A stretch of DNA of 63,801 nucleotides, filler included, from Octopus bimaculoides (Eukaryota), in assembly GCF_001194135.2 (NCBI RefSeq). It is 6 parts of 6 records of this genome, joined end to end, with 100 filler letters (N's around TTAATTAATTAA, not from the genome) between each part and the next. Parts side by side here need not be neighbours in the genome. Positions count along the whole stretch, not along the records: positions 24,200 to 50,582 come from NC_068985.1; positions 50,683 to 55,707 come from NC_068986.1; 4 more parts are not named here. The stretch is one strand, 5' to 3'. This document shows positions 44,259 to 55,707 of the stretch, piece after piece. Below the pieces are notes generated by a model that was not told the origin of the DNA, did not search any database, and saw nothing but the letters and a program-made list of their open reading frames with translations. Position 1 is the stretch's first letter. Each line of letters begins with the position of its first letter. A program made the translations under genes and the position numbers.

Positions 44259-44300
44259 CACAACGTTTCGGCTGATAAACCGGCCAACCTCCATCAGGTG
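44259..44300 (-). ncRNA. Degenerate minimal type I hammerhead ribozyme motif (PLE pLTR-like)
   Basis: The minus strand reads CAC-CTGATGGA-GGTTG(loop)CAGCC-GAAAC-GT-T-GTG. Stem I is CAC/GTG, stem II is 5 bp and stem III is the palindrome ACGT. The core is CUGAUGG instead of CUGAUGA. Confidence 0.55.
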
Positions 44301-45325
44301 TCTTGGGGAAATTTCAAATCTGGGTTCTCACTGCATCTTACAAATATAGATATATATTCGTCTTTTTTATTATATATGTTTGTATATATATGGATATATG
44401 CATATATAGGACGCATTTTTTCAGCTTCTGTCCAGCATATCAATTGAGAAAAACTTTATTTGCTCCTGGCTATAGTAGAGGGCTCTCGTCTTAGTTGCCA
44501 CTCGGTGCGTCCATTAAAGAAGTCTGAGATCTTAGATTAGTTTAATGCTTAAAATGAATTATGGACATATGTTTAGAAACAGCATTCAGTTTGTCCAGTG
44601 AGTAAACGAAACCATAATGGAATCAGAAGGAGAGCGTGGCAGTCATATTTGGGAATGAATACATTTGTTTAGAACTTTCCAGACGAAAATGAATTTAATG
44701 TTCATGATAAATCTCACAAACCAACTGCTGCAACATAATGTTTCAGATGGTCATATTAATTAGTCAAGTGCTACGTTAATTGAACGTATATTCTTTACAA
44801 AATATCACATTTAATTGCTATACGATTTAAATATCAACGTCACCTAAAAATTGCAACATTTAAAAATATTATTTCGCTCTCAGAGTAAATGAGCAGCTAA
44901 TGGATTTTCACGAAGCACAACTGATTATGAGAATATCTGTCGTCATAATTAATGCATAATATCTTTACTAATATGTTTTTGTTATTTGAAATCACACCGT
45001 TTACGATTTACATTCTATTTGTGCAAATCCTCTCGATAATTTGTATTCCCTTTGTTCTGCCGGCAGTCAGACATAGGTTTTTCAATATATTATCACTTTG
45101 ATAAGTTTAGCAATATATTCTAAATGAAATGATGCATTCAAATACATGCTAATATAGTGAGATATACATAATTCGGCCATTTGTCTCACACTTAATTGTG
45201 CCTAATGCTTTATTATATGTCATAAACTGTATATTAAAAAGCAAAAAAAACCTGCCTCAGAATATCTAATTTAGATACACATCAAACAATGGAGCCCAGT
45301 AATCAGGTAATGAATGTAGATACGC

Positions 45326-45361
<36 letters not shown>

Positions 45362-47159
45362 CTAAGCACACACACAAACACAGACATACAAACACACGCG
45401 CAAAGCCTTCCCTCAAACTCGTATACATACCTCTTTATATACATACACGAAGAAGCACAGACTTACAGCCAAAGACATGTATGAACATACTTATGTGCGT
45501 CAATGTATGTATACATATATGTATGTGTGTATAAGGATAACTTGCATGTATGTATGAATGTAAGTATATACGTATGTATATGTACAGTATATACAGAAGG
45601 CACACAAGCATAAAATGATGTTTAATCCATGATAGATGAATATTCTGACAAATAGTAATTTCTTCTAGCCGGGTTTTTCATCAGGAAGGTTACTAAGTTG
45701 TGTGGATGAAACAATGCATTGTGCAATTTGGTATGTATATATTCATATATATACATGCACGTGGGTGTATGCGTGTATATAAATATATATATATTCCCGG
45801 TCGATGCAAATTTTATTTTAAATGGTGGTGACAACATAGCGTCAGCTCATGAGCTGGAACTACATCAAATTAAATCATGTGTGTGTGTGTGTGTGTATAC
45901 ACGTATGTGTGTGTATACACGTATGTGTGTGTATGTGTATATGTATGTGCATATGTGTAGTATAATAAGAGAAGTATAAATATGAAATTATATCTTAAAC
46001 TATCTTTAATTCAACACAATAAACTAGTTTCTCAGCGGCAGATTATCGAGTGTGGTATGAACATAAAGATAATACGACCGGACGGATAGACGATACGAAG
46101 GCGGACAAGAAAAACAACAATTAGATGGACAGGAAAAAAAAAGGACGGGTCATCGGGGCCTTCTTTCGTCGGTCAAGTTACTAGATGTCGTTAGATTTTC
46201 CAGCAGTTACACTTCGATCAGGTTGCCCCCAAAAATGTTTACGTTAAGAGCATAATATTCTTTTGTAAGAAAGCTAATGAATGTGTACAACAACAAAGAC
46301 AAACATAACGGAGAACATGTTACACAATGATAAATACAAGCAACAAGAATATAACAACATGTGTTTTTCGGCTGCAGACGAGTCAAATTGCGCTGCCGTG
46401 TATTAAGTGAAGCAGTAAAGGTAGAAACGTCGGTGATGGACCGAAAAAGTATTGGCTGTTGGCAGTCAGGTCAAGAAAGAAAGATCATGGCTGTCCAAAC
46501 ACTGGTGACGTTGAAGGAGGAGAAAGGGGTTAGGGGCAGCAGGATAGAAAAATTAGAAAAAAATCAAAGAGACAAAAGGAAGATACAGGGGAGATAAACG
46601 AGGAGGAAAAGTGGGACCTAAATATATGGATGGCCACGAATTTCAGAGACGGGGAGCGAGAAAAAGAAAAGAGGAAGAAAGAATGAACGGGACTAAAAGG
46701 CAGAGTAAAAGAATCGTGTAAAATTTAGATACATACTCACTATAAGGTGAGCAAAGGTGTATGTACGCCGCTATATGAATATATAAATATAAAAATTGGA
46801 GCAAAAACACAATAGAGGACAAGGCATTCAACAGATACAGAATATAAAAGACGGACAGGAAAAAACAACAATTACATATAACTCGACACGTCGAATATAT
46901 TCTCGAAACTTATAACAAAACACACACAAACACGCACGCATGCGCACACACCATGCACAAACACAAACAGATGAACACATGCAAAACACCCACACACAAA
47001 AGCACATACTCACACGCATGTAAATTCCATTCAGATTTAAGCACAGGATTTAACTTCGTTAACCATGACCGCGGGCAACGTGTATCAAGAGATTCTAAAA
47101 TAGATTAAAATATATTTATTGATATACTCGTAGTTATTTTTTTATAAACATTTCTTTCA

Positions 47160-47343
47160 AGGCCACCAATTTCATCGATTGTGTGAATTAAGTGCCTCAT
47201 TGGTACTTATCTTTTCGATCTCTCTCACAAGGTATGAAAGCAAATTAAGCCTCGGTGGAATTTGAACTCAGAACGTAACGGCTAACAAATTGCTGCTAAT
47301 CAATTTGCCCGCTGCCCTGATAATTCTGTCAAATCGCCGCCTA
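47160..47343 (-). mobile_element. SINE family A, decayed
   Basis: ggaatttgaactcagaacgtaacgg...aaatcgccgcct. Confidence 0.7.
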
Positions 47344-48789
47344 AGTTTTAATATAAATATTAACAAGAAAATTGCGGTTGCAATTCCACACATCTACCGC
47401 TGTTTCCTCAATTTATAAGCATATCTATAATATCTAGGCACTATATGTGTTACATTAAACCCACATCGCGTCTATTGCTCTAGTACTGCAAAGGACAACA
47501 TATTTATGAACAAAATCCGTTGGCTAAATGAACACATATTTTCAGGAATATTTAGCCCCTGTCCGAGATGGTCTTATCATTTCATTTGCATAACATAATT
47601 AAGCTAAACCCCCCCCCCAAAAAAAAAAAAAACCATAATTTCTAATTCTCTGGTGGCGATATGGAAGTGAAAAAATATATAATTACAATGTTTGGACTTT
47701 CTGCTTCGATAGAACTAATTACTATTCAGCGAATATCCCAAGTGTATCCCTAAACTTGAATATGGGCGATGTGAAGCGTATAACAAATTAAACGGAAATT
47801 TTAGACATGTAATAAAAACTCTAATCATCCACGCTTTATTATAAATGCATGAGTGAATAGCGTATCTAATCCCGATACACAGCGCTTGAAAGTACTTTTG
47901 CCTCGCACGCAAAATATAAGGAAATTATAAAATACATTCCTAATAATAGCGTTGTGGAAAATTGTAATAATAACAATATGAACCCGTATTAATAATACGT
48001 ATAATAATGTATATTGTGTAATATGAAGGACTATTACAAATGCTAATAATAAGGTATAAAGTAAATACTCTTCAAGCAATAATGAATTATAAAAGGGAGA
48101 AAACTAATGTGAGTTGAGCAAATTACTATTAATATTAAACCAAATAGAGATTCTCGATAAGTGAATATATAAATCTTTATGGCATTTGCTATCGCCCTAA
48201 TAATAAGTCGGATAGAATGGGTATATTGGGGAATAACTCAGTATTCGATTTCCAGATAGCAATTGTAATCACTTTGTTTAAATATTTCCAAAAAGCAAAA
48301 TAAATATCCAACGGACGCAAATTGAAACTATCATATACTATATCACATAATAGACAATATTATATTTATAGGCTTAATGATGGGATATTTAATGAATTAA
48401 ATACAAATATTTACGATAACATTGGTAGTAATAAGAATAGAGGAACCAGCCAAAGGGACGTTAAAGTGGTAGGCAATAACAGAGTCGTAAATAACAGCAA
48501 TACTAATATTTATGGTGGAAAAGCAAAAATTGCGCACGTAGATGGTGATGACTGTGGCTTTGAAAGAGGATGCGTAGCTAGCGGTATTAATTACCGTTAT
48601 GAATATATGAATGCTAGAAATGATGGAAATCGTAGTACTGATGCTAATTGGATTAATCATATTATGAACATACAAGAAAATGAAAATGGAAATAATGATG
48701 TTGATATAAACTGTAATAAATATATTAATATAATAAGATTCAAGTATTATTAAACCAATAACAACAAGGAGATCGGTTATGATAACAAG

Positions 48790-48801
48790 TATCAAATGGG
48801 A

Positions 48802-48860
<59 letters not shown>

Positions 48861-48889
48861 TAATTATACTACTACTACTAATCATAATG

Positions 48890-48920
<31 letters not shown>

Positions 48921-49003
48921 TAATAATAATACTAGTAATAGCAATAATAATAATAATAATAATTATTATTATTATAACAATAATAATACTGGCAGTAACA
49001 ATA

Positions 49004-49038
<35 letters not shown>

Positions 49039-49230
49039 AATAGGAACAACAACAACAACAACAGCAGGAAGAAGTGGGAGAAGGAGAAGACGAAGAAGGA
49101 ACAAAATAAGGAGAAGAAGAAGAAGAAGAAGAAGAAGAAGAAGAAGAAGAAGAAGAAGAAGAAGAAGAAGAAGAAGAAGAAGAAGAAGAAGAAGAAGAAG
49201 AAGAAGAAGAAGAAGAAGAAGAAGAAGAGA
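48790..49230. repeat. Long compound trinucleotide array (AAT)n-(GAT)n-(AAC)n-(AAG)n
   Basis: Direct reading. It explains the poly-I/N/K/R ORFs in the track. Confidence 0.97.
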
Positions 49231-50001
49231 TAAATTGATATCAATAGTTATAAGGACAACAGTAATATTAATGATGAGGAAGAGGAAGGAGAGGAAGCGG
49301 AAAGGTTACTACAAAGTGTAGAAACAAGAATACTAATGTAATATATCTGGATTTGATGCATGCCCTATAGGAAATGAATGCCCCCATAAAAACATCGTAT
49401 ATAATTGCACAGCAGTCGGACGATAGACCAGAGAATACATACACATTTGTAGCTACATAATCTACTCTTTTCAAATATAGATAACGTAATCATGTTATAT
49501 CATCAAATACAAAAACAGAAGAATAATTTTAAAAAATTAAATAGAACGCATTACTGCTCAGCAAGTAAACTGGTCTATGATAAAAACTGCATACCGATAT
49601 GATGTGAACTCAAATTATGTACCGTTTGTTAGGATGACACTTCGTGTGTATTATTAGCTAATGAGCAACTGACAAGCATTCGTCGATTCTTATATGTAAT
49701 CACAGACTTTGAAGAAATTTCAGGAAACAGGGTGGACATATTCATTGAAAGTGATTAATTTATTAGAATCATTCAATATCCATCTAGGAAAACATATAAA
49801 TGTTTTCTTACAAAATAAAGACGACGATTGAAATTGAAGAAATGTATAATGTAATATAATATCAACGAAACAAACACGCCGCGGCATATATGATGAATTC
49901 TCTTCAACAGGTCAATAGACGTATTTGTGCGTGTAAAGTAACATGCAGACGCACAAGCACGCAACAACACATACACACACCCGCACACACAGAAACAAAC
50001 A

Positions 50002-50060
<59 letters not shown>

Positions 50061-50090
50061 CTATATAAATAATAACAATANNNNNNNNNN

Positions 50091-50146
<56 letters not shown>

Positions 50147-50472
50147 CTATATAAATAATAACAATAAATGCAGCAAAACGCATATAAAATGAAAGTTACT
50201 TTAATTCGTACACATGTTTCAATATATATGTGTGCACTCCTGCAAAGAAATAAGAGCTGCTGGAATTCCACATATATTCATCTTCAGGAAATCATTTATT
50301 GCTTCATTCATATCTTCTTAAAATAAATCACTTCAACTTGGTATCTCTACCTATAGAACGGCTGTGATATCTTGTTTTTTTTTGTAATTTTTGCTACCTA
50401 TGTTAACTATTAACATATTTACATTGTCAAAGGTTTTTTTTTAAACTGAGATAATATTAATATATTCATAAA

Positions 50473-50519
<47 letters not shown>

Positions 50520-50682
50520 ATGTTAAATCTCTGAAGGATGACTTCCCTTTGCAAATACAGAGGGACACAGATGTGTGTCAATNNNNNNNNNNNNNNNNNN
50601 NNNNNNNNNNNNNNNNNNNNNNNNNNTTAATTAATTAANNNNNNNNNNNNNNNNNNNNNNNNNNNNNNNNNNNNNNNNNNNN

Positions 50683-51530
50683 ACTATGTGCTAAGCCTCT
50701 CTTGAGGAATAGTGGGTGGTTGCTGGATGCGTTTATGTATTTTAGGTTAGTGTTTGGCTTTATGTATGGTTCATGTAGTCCTGTGGCTAGGTTGCATTTG
50801 GCGTCTAAGTAGTTTATGGAGGTGTGTTCGTTTTCTATAGAAATGGCTAGTCCAAATCTTTTGAAGAATTTATGTAAGTTTTTCTTAATGAGCTCTAGTT
50901 TCCTATTCGAGGGATTTTTAATTACGAGTAGTGCGTCGTCCCTGTATAATCCACCTTCCAGGTCTGGGAATTCCTCCTGTATGTAGGAGAGCAAATAGAT
51001 TCCCACTAAGTCACTTATCTGAGCTGAATCCGGGGCTCCCATGGTAATATCGAAGGAGTTTGGGGAGTCTTTACGGACCCAGAGCTTATTATCAAAACTT
51101 ATAATAGATTTTCTAGCTTCAAGTATTACATTAATTTCTTTCCGAGTTAGCTGTGAGTTATTTTTGGCAAATATTAGGGCACTATTTAATATCGTGGGGT
51201 TAGTTGAGGAGTAGTAGTCTACTGTGTCTATCTGTATGAATTTGTAGTTATTAGTGTTCTGTATTTTGGAGAACCAGTTTAGGGCTTCGTATGTGTTAGA
51301 CCATAATTCGAGGGAGAGTCTACTTTTTAGCGTAGGGATGTACTTATCTAGTATTAGTTTACTTAATTTGCATAGGTCTGATCTATTTGGGCATATTAAT
51401 CTAACTTTAGTGTCTGTAAGGAAGTTGGATTTATGGTCTTTTAAAGTGATTCTAGGTCTAAGTGGTATAAATGGTTCAGTTTTTTCGGCTAAGTTATAGT
51501 CTAACATGATGTCCTTGGCTGCAAATTTGC
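50683..51530 (-). mobile_element. Penelope-like element RT (YRDD type), intact frame of ~280 aa, cut by a scaffold join
   Basis: ITLKDHKSNF...VRLICP, FDITMGAPDSAQISDLVG, GLYRDDAL, INYLD and PYIKPN...YINASSNHP. There is no stop until the artificial linker. Confidence 0.93.
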
Positions 51531-52575
51531 GGGTCGGACCCGGGGGAATAATCACGCTCTAGGTGACCCTCACACCCCAAGGGGCTCCAGACTACTATGT
51601 AGGGTAGTCGCTGATCGGATGGGTTCCCCGACTCGAAGGAATGGTTTCGCCTCTCCTTTATTCCGACGGTCGGACCCGCGTAAACCGCCGCGCGATCGAC
51701 TCTACACGGCCGGCGCGTCCCCGATTCTTCCACCGACCACCCGTCCGCCTTGTAGTGAGCGCCCTCGCCCTTGCTGTCGCCGTCGTTCCACGCCCCGCGT
51801 CGAGGCAGATCCGCCCNNNNNNNNNNNNNNNNNNNNNNNNNNNNNNNNNNNNNNNNNNNNNNNNNNNNNNNNNNNNNNNNNNNNNNNNNNNNNNNNNNNN
51901 NNNNNNNNNNNNNNNNNNNNNNNNNNNNNNNNNNNNNNNNNNNNNNNNNNNNNNNNNNNNNNNNNNNNNNNNNNNNNNNNNNNNNNNNNNNNNNNNNNNN
52001 NNNNNNNNNNNNNNNNNNNNNNNNNNNNNNNNNNNNNNNNNNNNNNNNNNNNNNNNNNNNNNNNNNNNNNNNNNNNNNNNNNNNNNNNNNNNNNNNNNNN
52101 NNNNNNNNNNNNNNNNNNNNNNNNNNNNNNNNNNNNNNNNNNNNNNNNNNNNNNNNNNNNNNNNNNNNNNNNNNNNNNNNNNNNNNNNNNNNNNNNNNNN
52201 NNNNNNNNNNNNNNNNNNNNNNNNNNNNNNNNNNNNNNNNNNNNNNNNNNNNNNNNNNNNNNNNNNNNNNNNNNNNNNNNNNNNNNNNNNNNNNNNNNNN
52301 NNNNNNNNNNNNNNNNNNNNNNNNNNNNNNNNNNNNNNNNNNNNNNNNNNNNNNNNNNNNNNNNNNNNNNNNNNNNNNNNNNNNNNNNNNNNNNNNNNNN
52401 NNNNNNNNNNNNNNNNNNNNNNNNNNNNNNNNNNNNNNNNNNNNNNNNNNNNNNNNNNNNNNNNNNNNNNNNNNNNNNNNNNNNNNNNNNNNNNNNNNNN
52501 NNNNNNNNNNNNNNNNNNNNNNNNNNNNNNNNNNNNNNNNNNNNNNNNNNNNNNNNNNNNNNNNNNNNNNNNNNN

Positions 52576-54150
52576 ATTATAGGCACGAAGGCCTCATTAC
52601 AAAGAAGGGGGACATTACAAGGACAGACAACACAAAACGTGGGGTACATAAAGCGAATTATGAGATGAAATGAGTAAATTACAAGCTCGCAGTTTCATTT
52701 AACAGTTTTCTTATACAGTTCTTGTTCATTTTTTTTTCTTTTTATGATTCTTTTATGATTAAGTATGGTTTCAGTTCCTCCGCCGTTACGACGCTTGGCA
52801 AAGTGTTGTAGCCCACATATAATCCACTTAGTTGGAAATCAAATCTGTTCATTTCTCGCAGCTTCGTCGCTATCCATTCCTCCACCACTACTGCTTTCGT
52901 TTCATCATCAAACGTTCCGGGTTCTAATTTCAGTCGTACCAATCCTTTTATCTTGGCTATTGTTTTTTCCGTTTCTAAATGCTTACTGTAGAAAAGTATT
53001 GTTCTAATATTTCTAAAATCTACCTTTCCGATTATCCTTCCTTCCGCCTTCGCCTTTTCCTTCTGTTCCATCATCGCAGTCCACCACTTTACCCACCTCT
53101 CGTGTCTTGTCAACTGTTTTTCCTGCTTTGTATCTTGGGTTTCAATCTTAGTTACGTTCTGTTCCTCGCTACAATTTCCATCTTTCTTAGTTACATTCTG
53201 TACCTCGCTATAATTCCCGTCTTCCATCATCTTTTTTTCCTTTCCCCCTTTCTTTCTTTTTGGGGACTTTGGCGGCGATTCAGTCCGCATACGTTTTTTT
53301 TCTCCATGCTCCTCAGTCTCTTCCTGCTTTTCTTCTACCTCTTCCTGTTCGGTCTCCACCATTTCCTCCTCACAGACCTCTGTTTCTTTTACTTCGTCTT
53401 CTTCTACGGTTATTTCTCTGCGAGGACACACCGCTTGCATGTGTCCTCTACTTCTGCATTTGTAGCATACGGGTTGCCTTCCCTCCACCACAACCGTAAA
53501 CGCGTGTCATCGGAAAGCACTAATTCCTCAGCAATGTTATGTAGGTCCGGTATGGTAATGTGGGCTAGAATTTCTACCCCAAAACCCCACCATTCGATTT
53601 CTCTTAACCTCTCCACTTTAATGATATCCACCTTGTCTTTGCATTTATATATTACCGCTGCTACCAACCATTCCATATCTATCTCCAGCGGTACTCTACC
53701 AATCCTCACTCTCACCGCCCTTCTACCGCAATATACCGGTAAAAGGGCCCACTCTTCCGTTCTCAGAGGCATGGTAGAGTATTTCTTAGCTCCTTGCTCC
53801 ATCTTGAAATACACCTTCACCGTTCCGTATTTCTTTCCTCTCATAAACAGCACAACTTCCTCTGTGATTTCCTTCAGACACTTCTCAATCATTTCTATCT
53901 CCGCAATTTCTATTTTCTTGGAGCCAATTCTTAAAGTTTTATATGTAATAATTTTCTTTTCTGCTTCTTCCATCACTTCTTTGGGTGGGTCAACCCGCAA
54001 ACAGTCTCCCTCCTTCTTCAAATATTTGACCACTACAGCAATGGCTTTCAACAACAAAACAATTCAAATAAAACTGCAACAATATAATAACAGTTCCTCA
54101 ACAAATTCCTACAACGTATTTCTACTCACACGCTCCTTCAAAACATGACT
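52576..54150 (-). mobile_element. Putative non-autonomous ORF1-only retroelement
   Basis: The ORF1 stop at 52742 is followed by ~165 nt of non-coding sequence ending in a SINE-A-like tail, with no ORF2 start visible. Confidence 0.55.
52742..54057 (-). pseudogene. LINE ORF1/gag-like protein with a CCHC zinc knuckle, one frameshift near 53497
   Basis: The ORFs 53410-54057 and 52742-53491 join by a 1-nt shift (DDTR/TVVVEGRQPV) into CYKCRSRGHMQAVC, followed by an E/K-rich tail. Confidence 0.8.
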
Positions 54151-54193
54151 ACTATCAGGGTAAACTTACACACAAATGTCAAGACCTGCAATC

Positions 54194-55707
54194 TCTTTAT
54201 TACCCACAAGGGGCGAAACATAGAAGGGACAATACATCTGATTTGGGATCAAATAAAAATATGGTTACACAATAAAATCGACGTAAAATAAAAATTTAGC
54301 AATTAAAAATTACAATGAAAATCGGTTTNNNNNNNNNNNNNNNNNNNNNNNNNNNNNNNNNNNNNNNNNNNNNNNNNNNNNNNNNNNNNNNNNNNNNNNN
54401 NNNNNNNNNNNNNNNNNNNNNNNNNNNNNNNNNNNNNNNNNNNNNNNNNNNNNNNNNNNNNNNNNNNNNNNNNNNNNNNNNNNNNNNNNNNNNNNNNNNN
54501 NNNNNNNNNNNNNNNNNNNNNNNNNNNNNNNNNNNNNNNNNNNNNNNNNNNNNNNNNNNNNNNNNNNNNNNNNNNNNNNNNNNNNNNNNNNNNNNNNNNN
54601 NNNNNNNNNNNNNNNNNNNNNNNNNNNNNNAGGAAACATTTCTTACCTTCGTTTGATAACAAACTAGGCGGGTCAATTTTTATGATTGACTCGGCCGACA
54701 ACTGTACTCTTCCCTCACTTGACACTAGGTGTTCCACGTAAACCCACATCTCAGAAATCTCCGGACACCGTACAAAAGCGTGCAGGACGGTTTCCCTATC
54801 CTGCCCACATCTTGGACAGGTCGGAAATGTCTGCATTCCGTGTCTTGCAAGTTTATCGCGAACGGGCAAGGCTCCTCTGTAGCATTGCCAGGTCAAAGAC
54901 ATTTGGAAATTATCCAATGACTTCAACCCGAATGTACGGAAGAACAGGCTGTCGAGTTCGATAAATCCGAGACCCAAGGTCGTTCCCAGGCCATCGTCAC
55001 ATTCTGCCTCTACTAACCCTCCATAAAAGAATGCTGTAGAACCCCCGCTGCCGGCGTTGCCCGAGCGACAGAATAGCAGGAGTGCCTTACGACACTCCGT
55101 ATACCACATATTCAACCTCGGTCTGCGAAAGCACCAAGCCTCCTTTGCATTCATACTCGCAAAGTTGGGGAACGTTTGTCTAGCCAACGGAGTCCACACC
55201 TGGTCACCATCCAGGAGTATCCAAAGATGTCTCAACCTCAACGCGTGCTTGCACATCATCAGCACAAGGCATCCCTAAACCTCCTTTTAACGGTTTATGA
55301 CAACAGATAGAGCGTCTCACAAGTGGCTTCGAGCCCCTCCACAAAAAGTGAACGATCTGTCTTTCCAACTTGGTCAACGAAAAATCAGGGCAGGGCACGA
55401 CGGTCAGGCGGTAGGTAATCGCCGATGCGATAAACACATTGGCTACCTCCGCCCTCTCTTTCAAGGATAGCCTTCGCCAAGACCATCTCTTGGCTATGGT
55501 GGCTATCTTGCTCGATACCTCTGCCCAGTTCTTCTCCAGCTGGAGGTCTGGACCGAACCAAACCCCCAGCAACTTAACCGGTCCCTCCGTCCAGCGTCCT
55601 ACGACGCTATCCGAAGGCATCGACTTGCCCCTCCAGGTGCCGAGTTGCAAGCCGACTGACTTATCCCGATTAATCTTTGCTCCTGCCACCGTCTCGTACT
55701 CCTCAAC
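54194..55707 (-). mobile_element. Tx1/L1-clade LINE ORF2 3' part plus probable 3' UTR, frameshifted near 55265
   Basis: YETVAGAKINRDKS, VKLLGVWFG, LSLKERAEVAN, FLWRG, KGGLGMP and the C-terminal CPRCGQDRETVLHAFVRCP zinc motif. Confidence 0.9.

Noticed and set aside
48322-48753. 143-aa Asn/Asp-rich ORF
   Set aside because: It is degenerate AAT/GAT low-complexity sequence adjoining a pure trinucleotide array, with no domain or splice support.
49990-50165. Direct repeat of (AC)n-ATATATATATCTATATAAATAATAACAATA
   Set aside because: The two copies flank a 10-N gap, so this is most likely an unmerged contig overlap or allelic microsatellite lengths.
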